52,218 nt of DNA, from positions 2,016,220 to 2,068,437 of the forward strand of contig BFEA01000023.1 in NCBI GenBank assembly GCA_003427395.1, in the 5' to 3' direction. Numbering within the stretch: position 1 is the stretch's first letter; each line of letters opens with the position of its first letter. Of the stretch, positions 11,851 to 22,413 are shown piece after piece. This stretch comes from Chara braunii (lineage: Eukaryota; Plantae; Charophyceae). Both the position numbers and the translations under genes were made by a program. The notes beneath the pieces are model-generated. The model was not told the origin of the DNA and made no database searches. It was given only the letters and a program-made list of their open reading frames with translations.

Positions 11851-13277
11851 ATGCCCAGTTGGGCGATGTACATGTAAAACCGAGGATCCGCAATGTGATA
11901 AAAAAGACTGAATGGACAATGCAATGCAAGTGGAATCTCAACAAGCAATGTGCATTCCGATACATACAAAATGGTACTTGATAATGCAGGAAAAACTTAG
12001 ATTAGGGTTGTTTGGTTGCCTTCGGAACACCTGTAGAGCAATGACGAGATTTTAATTAGAATATTAGGGAGGGAGAGAGATAAATTTCGGGATTGGTTTT
12101 CCGTTGGGACTTTTCAATGTGGTTTTCTTTTATTTTCTTAAATGAAATTGCTCGATTGGTTTTGTGGTTGATTGGTGTCAACTTTCACAGTAGATTAGGG
12201 TATTGGTGCCTGCTCTTTCTGAGGATTTGCATGAGGTGTTCATAATTTTTCAATAGTTGGATATGTTTGTTACCAAAGGATGTTGCTATCCATGTTATAT
12301 TACATTGTAGAATTGGTCGAAGAGATTAAGAGAAGAAGGATTTTTGCCCTTGACATAGTCGTGGCATGAGCTTTACCTAGTCAGAGAGCCTTGCTCAGCT
12401 TCGGGCTGCGACGATTTTTGTAAGGGATGCCGGACCCGTTTCCCAGCTTTGGTGTTAATAAAGATTGATCTTTTTTTATAAAATATATATATATATATAT
12501 TGGAAAAAAAATTAGGGAGAAAAAAAGAAAATTTTGGCAGCACTTCGTTATTCCCAAGGGGGCAAAATGTGCGCCGATAGCTGAAATAACGAAGTTTGAA
12601 CAAGATATAGAGCTATCGCAAAAAAAAATAACGTTAAAATTTAATAATAATTAAAATTAAATTAAAAATAAATAAAAAAATGATAAATTAAGTAGGAAAT
12701 AAGATAATTCAAACTTCTATAGAAAAAAAAAATTAAATCAAAGAGAAGGACAAAAAAAAAAAAAAGTTGGGGGGGAGGGGGATGAAAAAGTGATGAAGAA
12801 AGATAAAAATAGGTGATAAAGAGAAAAAAAGTGAACTAAGAGATTGGGTAGAGGAGGGTGGTAGAGTGGGAGAGAAAGATATGGAGAGGAGTAAAAGAGA
12901 TTAGTAGAAGATGGTGTGTGGGAAGGAGAGGAGATGAAAAAATGGTGGGAGATGAGTGAAAAGGGAGGTAGGAGGAGGAAGTAGTAGTAGAGTTGGAAAA
13001 AATGATGAGATGATCTAGGGGAGAGAGAGAGAGGGGGGTTGGGAGAGTAGGTTAGTGAAAAAAATGTGATACCAAGGTCTTGGTTGGCCAAGAGCAACAA
13101 GGTCACCAAGATCCACATGATCTTGACCTTCAAGGTGCTGACTGCCTGCTGCTGCAATGATATAAAAATAATAATAAATATAATATAGGGTTGGTTGAGA
13201 TCTTGATCAGACACTGTTGCGCAGCCCTCTAGCCAGGGGATCTTCACTGCTGTCAAACTGCTGCTACAACAGTAAAA

Positions 13278-13308
<31 letters not shown>

Positions 13309-13695
13309 CCATCATCTGGGTGTGCTGAGATCTTGATCAGCCACCCAAATCTCACTATAATGTAGCCCTCTAGCCAGGGGGGTCTTCAAGTTCTTTAGCA
13401 AGTTGTCACATGGCACTGCAGATGGCCACGTGCGCAGGCAGCAGCAACCAAGACGCTGCAGGGGGGCAAATAACAACCCACCCGCTGCTGTCGTGTTGGC
13501 CACTCCTCGCCCCTCGCTAATGGGGAGGAAGTAAATAGTTGGTATGCCACTCTTCAACACCAATGTGCCACACTACTATACCATATATGGAGTCTGGCCA
13601 GTGTGTTACAGCACTGGTTATGCACGCGCATGGTGGGCAACTGCCTTGGTTCAAACCCTGGCAGCAGCATGCATCCCGAATTTTGATATATATAA

Positions 13696-13977
13696 TCCGG
13701 GAGCGGGGCGGCGCAGGCCGGGGTAGCGGGGTGGGGCGGACCGGGGTAGTGGGGCAGCATGGGCGCGTGCGGTGGACTTGGCCTTCGCTCGCACGCGTCG
13801 TGATGGTACTCTCCTTTTTCACTGCGTGTTAGTCTCTCCGCACTGCACCATTTTCCCGTTTGTTTGCTTTGAAAATTGCCGAAAACGGACCAAAATCCCG
13901 CTATCGGGATCACACGATTTTTCCCACTTGTAGGATGGGGTAGCTGGGAGCGGGGACCGTTCCCGCTCTGATACTAG
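13696..13977 (+). mobile_element. Short non-autonomous Helitron-like element
   Basis: A|TC start at 13696. GC hairpin GAGCGGG/CCCGCTC (13948-13968) is followed by CTAG|T at 13974-13978, the canonical Helitron 3' end. The 5' boundary is less certain. Confidence 0.5.
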
Positions 13978-14674
13978 TGTGATGGCCCCATCAAGATGGC
14001 GGTCCATCAGGATCAAAACGCAGGATCAAAACGAAGGGATGATGATGGGGGGAGATGGAGATGGAGATAGAGCTGGAAGGGACAACGCAACTCCAACGCG
14101 GACTCAACATGCACGTATTCCAAAGTGTGCAAATGAAGAATGAGGCTGAAACAGAATGCAACTAGGGTATACCCCCATCGGACCGACTGGACTGGATTGG
14201 ACTGGCCTGATACTGACAGTGGTACCAGGGAGGACTGTAATGGACTGAATGAATATAAAACCTGTGAGAGCAAATAGCCACATAGGCTTGGCTGTAGGCC
14301 AATGTAGCCAGAGGCACGCTGCGGCGGCTAAGGCGCCTCATTTGTTCTTGTTCCACGCCTTAGTAGTAGTTTGATACCTACTCCCACCAGAGTGAGCTTC
14401 GATAGGCGCATGCCACTGCACTCAATTCAGATTAGGTATGTACCTACCACAGAGACTGTTCACCAACTCCTATTCCCCCTAAGCTCTAGGAGATGGTTGC
14501 CGTCAACTTCAATGACGGAGGGAGGTGGTCGACTCACCGCTTCACTGTGAACGAGAAGTGGTGATGGAACAGTGTCAGCGACCTACTGCCAGCGACGTCA
14601 ACGCAGAGCGCTCCATAGCGCCTGTTGCTACGGCCCCACTTTCCATTTAACCTTCCCTTTTTTGTTTTTACTTT

Positions 14675-15426
14675 GGGCCTTGCCACACCACTGTTGAAAG
14701 GCAAAAAAAATTGACGGCTGTCAGAATAAATTCGACAGCCTCCCTTTGACAATTTGCCCCCTTTTAGCCACACAACACTGTAGAGTGGATGCACTTGTGA
14801 ATACAAGATGGAAAAAGACAAACGCGCCTGAGGGTACGACAAACATTAGTCCATCCCGACCTCACGCCCACTCACCAAATTTTGAAGAGAAGTTGATGGC
14901 GTAGCCGAGGACTGTCGAAAGCATAGGAGTGGCAGGCTGTGGATTCAACAACTTTCGACAGGAGGTGTCGAGAAGCATTCTTTGACAACTTGCGAATTTT
15001 CTCCCCGTCTTCAATTTCGACAGCCTGTGGCCAAGAGAAACTATCGAAAATGGCGTTTTCGACATACATTTTTCGCCAAACGATTTTTCGCCACCCCCCG
15101 CCCCCCTTCGCCACACAACACTATGGAATGGACGCAATTGTGAATGTAAGATGGAAAAAGACGAACGCCCCTGAGGGTATGACAAGCACTAGTCCATCCC
15201 GACCTCACGCCCACTCACCAAATTTCGAAGAGAAGTCGATGGCGCAACCGACGGCTGTCGAAAGCTTCAGAGTAGCAGGCTGTGGATTCAACAACTTTCA
15301 ACAGGAGGTGTGGAGAAGCATTCTCTGACAACTTGCGAATTTTCTTCCGGTCTCCAATTTAGACAGCCTGTGTGGCGCAGAGAAATTATCGAAAATAGTG
15401 GTTTAGACAGTGGTGTGGGGAGGCCC
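14675..15426. mobile_element. PIF/Harbinger-type (Tourist-like) non-autonomous TIR element with an internal ~340-bp tandem duplication
   Basis: Imperfect TIRs GGGCCTTGCCACACCACTGT / ACAGTGGTGTGGGGAGGCCC, flanked by a 3-bp TTT on both sides. Internal repeat at about 14769-15052 and 15111-15400. Confidence 0.7.
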
Positions 15427-17188
15427 TTTGTTAGGATGATAGTCTTTTCTGGGTTGTTCCGCTTTCAGGGCCCTGAGGGAATCCTTTCCACCAGGGTGGG
15501 GGATCAGTCAGAGCAGGGGTCTCTCACTGGCCACTTTTGTCTCTGGACGTATTCCCAACGCCTGCACCTAAGCTGGGTAATGGTCCCAGAAGTTCCAGTT
15601 TGTTTGTCCGGGTTGGTTGTTGAGGATTCCCGGTCTCTCCCTTATTTTGCGATGGACGATCGTTAGTACACAGGACACAACTCATTCAACGTTTGAGCGT
15701 GCCCGGTCGGGCTCTGGACCGGCCTGTCCGCGAAAAGAGTAAATGCACAGGAGTACAGAAAGTTCAATAGCGGGAACGTGGACGAGGTCATCTTCGTGCA
15801 GGTGGAGCGTATCAGTGTGCTGGGTTCGAGACGAGGTCTCCGGGTCTGCGGAATCCTCTGAGCGGTTCTCTGAATGTACGTATCATGGTGTTATTTTGAA
15901 CAGATTCAGTCGAAATTTACCTACTCAGAGTATCCGCTCAATCACCTCACCTCACGCTGCTCTCCCAGACCCGACTGGCTTCGATACCGAGCGATTCTCT
16001 GAATCGACTTTGTCCGCGGGTCGAACCAAGCCAGCACTGAGGAGGGACAGGCCAAGAAGCAGAGGAGAACAGTGGTGAGAGCGGAAGGGGTCGCTTCGTC
16101 GGGGTGAAGAGGCTAGCGAAAGGGATCCTCAACGCGGTTTGGAGATAGCGCTTGTCGTCCGTACAGGCGCGCAGGCGCGCAAGTAATCATTCCCGTTGCA
16201 AGGGGGGCAGGATACCGATCGACGGCCTGGAGCGGCGATCAGGGATCCCTTAGGGGCTCGGAAGCAAGGGACGACGGGGGGGGGTGGGCTGAAGATCGTT
16301 GGTGTGAGAAGGGGCAGGAGCACGAGGTGAGAGAAGTGGTGGAGAGAATAGGGTGGGGAGAGCAAAGGTAGCTATCGACGAGGGAAGGGACGATGGCGTG
16401 ACAGGATTTGTACCCGAAGATCGGCCACGAGGCGAATGAGGGTGCACCCGGAATTTGCCCGACACGTGTGCGAATCATCTCAAGGGTCGTCTGAAGACAA
16501 CTGTGCTAGCGCGCGCGGGTTTTGAACCGAGCGTCGCGGGTTTTGGTGCATGGCTCTGTTGGTCGGCAATATCGAGGGCCGTGGGTCGCGAAAGGACCGG
16601 TGGGGGTGCCACGCGACGAATTGCGGGGGCGGTCGTGAACTCAGTCCGGTGACGTACCGCTCACCAGAAATTAGACTGAAGAGATTTGGAGGGCAAGAGA
16701 GCCGATGGAGAGGGAGAGGAAGAGGGAGACGTTGATCGGGTCTTCACCGACTCTGCTGTCTGCAGCAGGCAGTAATTCGCCTTCTCCTCCCAGGAGATAA
16801 GAATGGTCCGTCACGAGGAAGCGTATCAGAGCGCGCTTGTGTAAATTGTGTTCCACAGGTAATGGTTAAGATCGGTAATGGAGAGATGGCCATGGCGTTG
16901 AGTTGTCGGTAATACGCTGATACCCGTAGGAGCTGGAGGATTGGGGAGGTGGGGGAGAGAACGATCAGAGAGAGAAAAAAGAGGGAGTGGAATTTGTCCG
17001 ACTACCGACTGACGGCGCGCGGAGAGGAACGAGCAGAGGGGTGGGCACTGTAGGTGCTGGAGCTGCACTATCTAGTTGAGGCCCTGTGTGAACTGGCGAC
17101 TGCATCTGGACCTTGAGAAGGCGGAGAGATACACGCCCGCAGCCCTTTTCGCGGATGCAGCGTGGGGGAGCGGGGCCCTCAAGCTGGT

Positions 17189-17325
17189 GGATCACGCACG
17201 CCAGGTGTCTCTCGTCCTCGTCCATCCTTTCCTAGATAAGTAATGGCGGATCGTGCGCGCCAGGTGTTTCTCGTCCTCGTCCATCCTTTCCTAAATAGGT
17301 AATGGCGGATCGCGCGCGCGCCAGG
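17189..17325 (+). repeat. Tandem repeat of about 59 bp (2.3 copies) upstream of the RING gene
   Basis: GGATC..GC.CGCCAGGTGT.TCTCGTCCTCGTCCATCCTTTCCTA.ATA.GTAATGGC is repeated. Confidence 0.85.
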
Positions 17326-17618
17326 CGACGTGCGAACTCCTGTACGATTAATCACTGTCGCCAGCAGGACCGCATTAAGTGATGACGTCATCAGTTGTCA
17401 TCTGGAACTCGTTGTAGGTGGAATGATGTTAGCGGCGGCTGCAGCTTGGATGCCTCGCTGCACGCTGTTGCGCGTTCACGACGGCGCCAGTCACTGGCAT
17501 GCGCCACGTCGACCTTGAAGGTCCTCTTTGATCTCTTGAGGAAGAGGAAGGGGGCGAGGGGTTATGAAATGAGCTTGCGTTGAAAAAAAGAAGAAAAGAA
17601 CATGAACGTGAGTGAAGA

Positions 17619-20600
17619 ATGAAGACGAGGATGGCGATTATGCGGGCGACGTCCGTGGGAAAAGAACAGAAGTGGACAGATCATTCTGCCGATCTCTTCG
17701 TGTCAGCGCGGGCTACATTTATCATCATCCTTTGTCTGTTGTCTCCCTCTCAAGTCGAGAGTCATTACTCTCTAATCTGGGGAGCACGGGATGCGAGGAA
17801 GGAGCGCATGGAGATTGTCCACGTGCGGCACGTCTCAGCGTCGGTCCGTGGACATCGCGGCCACGTTCATCCTCCAGCCCAGGAAACTCTTGTCGATGCC
17901 TTCGCTATCGATCTTAGCCATGCAACGACGAGAATGAAGGGGCAATCCCAGTCTATGAGGGCAGTTGGAGCGGGTACCGATCTGCGTAATTCGCGGAATG
18001 AGGAGGGTGGGGAAGGGGAGGATACCGGAACGAGGGTCGGCATTCCCGAGGCGATCTGCAGGCTTGGGCGGGTGGAGGCTCGGCAACTGCGCTGGAGGGA
18101 GCTGGTTTGGGGTGGCCTGAGTGTTAATGTGAAGGGGGCTGTTCTTTTCCCGCATCCCTTGGGGGCAAGCATCTTGTCGGAGGATAGTATTAGTGCCGTA
18201 CCCTCCAGTGCAAAGGGGGAGAGCCGAAAGGAGGAGGAGGAGGAGGAGGCATGTCCAGCAGTTGAAGGCGGCGCTGAGGGAGTAAGTGGAAAATGGGAGA
18301 AAGTGGTGGAGTGTGAGAGATCGAGTCGGGCTGCAGCTGTTGACAACGCCGATAATAGAGTGATCGTGAAGATCGGAACCGTTGATGCCGCGGAATGCAT
18401 GGCCCATAGCCCTCGCCGTCAGCACTCGAAGGGTGTGAATATGACGATTCTGTGTGAGGTGGATCTGCACATGCGTTCAGCTAGGGGAGATGGAGAGGGA
18501 GGAGGTGGTGGTCGTTTTGCTGTGGAGGATCATGCGGAAGAATCCCTGACTTATTCGCGAGAGGCTGTAGGTTGCGAGTTCAATGTACAATGGGATGAGT
18601 ACGGGTATTGCGTCTGTGCGACGATGATAGAAGCGACAGATCTTGCTGCCTCTGGAAAGGGAGAGCAAGGAGGAGGAGGAGGAGCAGTACGTGGAGGAGG
18701 CCCATCGGCTAGCATGGCGGCCGTGCAGCTTCCTTTGATCGGAGATCGGTTGCCTTCGATGATGGAGGAAGAAGATGATGACGAAGAAGGATGGGGGGGA
18801 TCAACGACAAGAGGGAGAAGAGGAGAAGACGATGCCTCGGCGAATAGCAACCCAGGAGGGTCGGTGCTTGAAAGGGCGGCGGCCATGGGGAATCGACGAT
18901 CGAGGAAAGATGATGGAGGCGGGGCAAGGGGTGCTGTCGGCAAGGTCAGGCTCTCTGTGGACGTCAGCGTTGGGGTGTCGTCCGTCGGTATTCTCTGCTG
19001 GTGTGCGGGGCTGTTGCTGCTTGCTTGCGCGGAACCTCTCTCCCGAGTGCATGCCATGCACATCGTTTTCGGCGGTCTCTCCGCTGCCGGTATTGCGCAT
19101 ATGCTGTCTATGGTGGCCATAGCCGCTGTACCTGGTGTCGTCGTGGCTTTGCCTTGGGTTGCTGCTTTGTCAGTTTACCGGCTTGGGCTATTTGAAGCCC
19201 TGGCGATGCTTGTGGCCTGCTACGTGTATATGTTCGCGATGGCGCTAGTGCTTCTTTACCTTTACACGACACATTTTAACTACATCCAAGCGCTGTACTT
19301 GTTTGTGGTGATTAATGCCGCCGTGGATGGAGCGCTGCGCGCGGAAGCGTCGTCGTCGGCGGTGGATACAGCAGGGAACGGCGGAAGCAGCGGGGGAGGG
19401 GGGAGCATCTCCGCCGCCACAGATGCGATTGGCCGGGCTGTGGATCAGATTGCGCAAGAGGATGGGGGATCGACAGCAGGTGGGATTTTCGCGGGTTTCT
19501 TCGGCGAAGGAAATTGGCTATTCGGTCACCTCTTTAGCTTCGGCGGCGGCGGCGGCGGCGGCGGTGGTGGTGACGGTGGGCGTGGGGGAGGAGACCCTGG
19601 CGGCGGATTCGCATCTGGGGGGGAATGGGCGGAAACGCTGATCAGCAGCCTGCCGTACTTCGGTGCAGGAGCGGGCGGAACGGCGACGACGGGCACGATG
19701 AGTGTCTTGAAACGGTCGGTTTTCTTGACATTTTTAGTCGGAGGCGTCACTCTCCTTCTCACGACTACCAATGTGAATTTATATGCTATAGTCGCTCGAA
19801 GCCACGTGTCGCATCTCCCCGTCTGGATGGCTCTCTTCTTGGCCTCCTCCCCTGCTTTGCTTCTCGCCGGATTGGAGATACATTGTCGTTTGCTGTCTTG
19901 CACGCTGATCGCGTTTACCGGCTTGCCTGGTTTGATCCTACAGCTTGGATCGGACGGCCTTGATTGGTTGAGAGGGCGACTGGGCTTCATCATTCCGGGC
20001 CATATGCGCCACGGGGCCAGTCGTTACAATATGCGCTCGTTGCGGCGTGTCTTCTACTCTCACGTCTTGGAGGAGGAAGAGAGTGGGGAGACGGGTCGAC
20101 GGACGCGGCGATGGGGGCACGATGGAGAACGATGCCAGTCACAGTCACGGGGAGGTTTTCGAAATTGTGCTTTGGCATGGCGTCTGCTGGGCGTCGGTGG
20201 GAGCAGCTCGAAACGGAAGAGAATGCCCTCTTGTTTCGTCTTTTTGAGGAAGTTTCAGCGATGGTGCCTTTATTTGGTCGCGGGTGTGGACCCCCCCGTT
20301 GAGGGGGAGCCGTTGAGGACCCGCATTGGCAGGAGTCTGGAGAGCTGGTGGAAGGTGCACGTCAACAGTAATTCTAGACATGCATCGGCGAGGCGGCGAC
20401 GACACGTGTCGCATCCTCGTGAAGCGACGACGGGCGGCGGGTCGTCTTTCTCATCTGCGATGCATCAGCATGACGACGACGACGACGAAGACAGCTTCTC
20501 CTCTGATCCGACGTGGAATCTGTCTATGGTGGAGGAAGAGGAGGGAGAAGAGCAAAGCGGTGGTACCGGCCGAGGGTGCAATCGAGGCTATGGTGCAGCA

Positions 20601-21185
20601 GGCGCAGGATCCTCAATGAGCCGAGGATCGGGGAGGGGAGAGGAAGAAGAAGAGGAGGGCGTGGGGCCGTCGACTTGCAGGATGTTGCAGGGAGGGAGAG
20701 GGAGACGAGAGTTGACGATCGGAGGCGGGGGGAGATCACAGAGTGTGGGGACCACCACAAGGATATACTCCGGCAGAGGAGCAAGGGGCGGCATGGGTGA
20801 TGTGTACGATACCGCCTGTAGCTCGAGGTTGATTGATGGATCAGGTGGGAGTTGTGAGAAAAGCGACGAAGGGTTTAATAATGATGATCATGATGATAAC
20901 GCTGAGCAAGATGATGAGGACGATCGCAGATACTATGAATATGTGACCGACGAAGATGATGGCTCAGATCAGGCAGGAGAGAGAGCGCAAGAGTGGGACT
21001 GGATGGTGGCAGAGGGGTTGACTCCCGGTGAAGCTATCGCGCTTCAAAGCTGCCCCGTCTGCCTATGGGCGAGGAAGAATATGGCCTTCGGATGCGGGCA
21101 CCAAACCTGCAGACAGTGCAGCCTGAGTCTTTCGAAGTGCCCCATCTGTAGGAAGCGAATTTCTGTTAGGATACCGCTTTTTTAA
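17619..21185 (+). CDS. Intronless multi-pass membrane protein with C-terminal RING-HC (C3HC4, RGLG-like) finger; putative membrane E3 ubiquitin ligase
   Basis: 1188-aa open frame. N-terminal hydrophobic segment (FIIILCLLSP), several hydrophobic helices (about 18960-19950) and Gly/Glu-rich linkers. The terminal CPVCLWARKNMAFGCGHQTCRQCSLSLSKCPICRKRISVRIPLF matches the RGLG-family RING pattern. Confidence 0.9.
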   Translation: MKTRMAIMRATSVGKEQKWTDHSADLFVSARATFIIILCLLSPSQVESHYSLIWGARDARKERMEIVHVRHVSASVRGHRGHVHPPAQETLVDAFAIDLSHATTRMKGQSQSMRAVGAGTDLRNSRNEEGGEGEDTGTRVGIPEAICRLGRVEARQLRWRELVWGGLSVNVKGAVLFPHPLGASILSEDSISAVPSSAKGESRKEEEEEEACPAVEGGAEGVSGKWEKVVECERSSRAAAVDNADNRVIVKIGTVDAAECMAHSPRRQHSKGVNMTILCEVDLHMRSARGDGEGGGGGRFAVEDHAEESLTYSREAVGCEFNVQWDEYGYCVCATMIEATDLAASGKGEQGGGGGAVRGGGPSASMAAVQLPLIGDRLPSMMEEEDDDEEGWGGSTTRGRRGEDDASANSNPGGSVLERAAAMGNRRSRKDDGGGARGAVGKVRLSVDVSVGVSSVGILCWCAGLLLLACAEPLSRVHAMHIVFGGLSAAGIAHMLSMVAIAAVPGVVVALPWVAALSVYRLGLFEALAMLVACYVYMFAMALVLLYLYTTHFNYIQALYLFVVINAAVDGALRAEASSSAVDTAGNGGSSGGGGSISAATDAIGRAVDQIAQEDGGSTAGGIFAGFFGEGNWLFGHLFSFGGGGGGGGGGDGGRGGGDPGGGFASGGEWAETLISSLPYFGAGAGGTATTGTMSVLKRSVFLTFLVGGVTLLLTTTNVNLYAIVARSHVSHLPVWMALFLASSPALLLAGLEIHCRLLSCTLIAFTGLPGLILQLGSDGLDWLRGRLGFIIPGHMRHGASRYNMRSLRRVFYSHVLEEEESGETGRRTRRWGHDGERCQSQSRGGFRNCALAWRLLGVGGSSSKRKRMPSCFVFLRKFQRWCLYLVAGVDPPVEGEPLRTRIGRSLESWWKVHVNSNSRHASARRRRHVSHPREATTGGGSSFSSAMHQHDDDDDEDSFSSDPTWNLSMVEEEEGEEQSGGTGRGCNRGYGAAGAGSSMSRGSGRGEEEEEEGVGPSTCRMLQGGRGRRELTIGGGGRSQSVGTTTRIYSGRGARGGMGDVYDTACSSRLIDGSGGSCEKSDEGFNNDDHDDNAEQDDEDDRRYYEYVTDEDDGSDQAGERAQEWDWMVAEGLTPGEAIALQSCPVCLWARKNMAFGCGHQTCRQCSLSLSKCPICRKRISVRIPLF

Positions 21186-21829
21186 CGGAATGACGTAGGA
21201 ATCGATCAGTTAATTAATCATTATACCTGCTTTTAACCGGGTGACGGATGAACTGATCAGTTGATGGTCACATCATACCGCTGCTTGATGCGTAAAAAAA
21301 AAAAATCGTCGCTGGTATTGTTTCTTTACCCCCCCCCCCCCCCCCGCCTCCCTCTTCCCCCCCCAACCCCCTTGCCTCCCTTCGCCCTCTTCTTATCAAG
21401 GAACTTGTACAATTGCACTGGCAGAAGAAGGTGCAGGCCCTGTAGGGAGTCCCTTTGTTTTTTTTTTTTTTTTTTTTTTGAGGTGCCGGGATTCTCTACA
21501 CCGGGAGCCGGTGTTCATTCGTTTCGTACACTTGTGGCGGTTGCCCTGCCGTCATAACCGTTGGGGATTGGACAGGGGAGATTGATTCACTTGGACAGTT
21601 TTTTCCATTTATAAAAAAAATAATAAAAAAATTGTGGACCTATGTTTGGTTTCGTGCTGCGGACCTGCGTTGGAATTTTAAAATTTTAGATTTATTTTTA
21701 TTTTTTTATATATAGGATTTGTCTGTTGGTTTTGGGTTTCAAGGAAATCTTTAGAGGGACTTGTACATAAGAGAGCGGGCAAGCTCAGCATGAGGTTGAT
21801 TGCTTTCCCCCCCCCCCCCCAAAATCCAA

Positions 21830-22285
21830 CTCCGATCTATTCGTGGGGAGCCTACCGTCTTCACCCAAATTGAACGCCCAGTCATTATAGCTCCTCTATT
21901 CAGGTTAACTTTCCGTCCAGGTGCAGCTATAATAACCGGGCATTCTATTCGGGTGAAGACGGTGCCACATGCTGGGAACCGGGTCCAGCGTCCATGAATC
22001 CGTCTTAATTCTTTTTCCTTAGCTATAGTACTTCTGTGAACAATCCTGTGAATATACTCAATGGGACACGCCGGACCCGGTTTCCAGGGCCGTGGTCCCA
22101 GTAGCGAAGGGGATAGGGTAGAAATCCTGAATCTGGCTATGTTTTATGTAGAGATACAGAAAAGGAGTTCTATCTCGATTTCCTGCTCCTGTCGTGAAAC
22201 ACGTCCAGATTCAGGCATTCAATCGGATGCTCTTTGCTAATGGGACCACGGACCAGCAGATGCAGCTCCCCACCAAAAGATGGAG
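21830..22285. mobile_element. Short TIR element (family with CTCCGATCTATTCGTGGGGAGC termini) carrying a nested MITE in its left end
   Basis: The left end matches 36420-36475. The degenerate right end GCTCCCCACCAAAAGATGGAG is its reverse complement. Confidence 0.55.
21855..21962. mobile_element. Palindromic ~108-bp MITE (Tc1/mariner-pogo-like)
   Basis: Arms CCGTCTTCACCC.AAT.GAA.GCCC.GT.ATTATAGCT and its reverse complement. TA on the left side, TG on the right. Related to 22309-22413. Confidence 0.75.
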
Positions 22286-22308
22286 CAACCAGGGACAGCC
22301 AGGTACTA

Positions 22309-22413
22309 CAGTCTTCCCCCGAATACAACGTACGGTCATTATAGCTGACTTTGGGCTATATTTCAGTCTAAATTCAGCTATAATGACCGTACGTTGTATT
22401 CGGGGGAAGACTG
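22309..22413. mobile_element. Palindromic 105-bp MITE with TA target duplication (Tc1/mariner-pogo-like)
   Basis: Perfect arms of about 40 bp: CAGTCTTCCCCCGAATACAACGTACGGTCATTATAGCTGA and its reverse complement. TA at 22307-22308 and 22414-22415. Confidence 0.85.

Larger units (their letters stand above)
3172..12450 (+). ncRNA. ORF-free, densely base-paired block of about 9 kb; putative large structured RNA or non-coding element of unknown family
   Basis: No ORF over about 95 aa and no recognisable protein motif. Many perfect or G-U-containing hairpins, e.g. 3392-3440, 6905-6918 (GAAA loop), 8228-8241/8356-8369, 8612-8631 (GGGA loop), 8658-8681, 9574-9599. Wobble pairs read as G-U on the + strand. 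Boundaries are approximate. Confidence 0.55.

Noticed and set aside
15430-17400. Solo LTR on the minus strand
   Set aside because: The composition is LTR-like, but no matching TG...CA pair with TSD and no second copy could be found in the window.
17835-20800. Overlapping and antisense ORFs within the RING gene
   Set aside because: Shadow frames of GC-rich coding sequence with no motifs.
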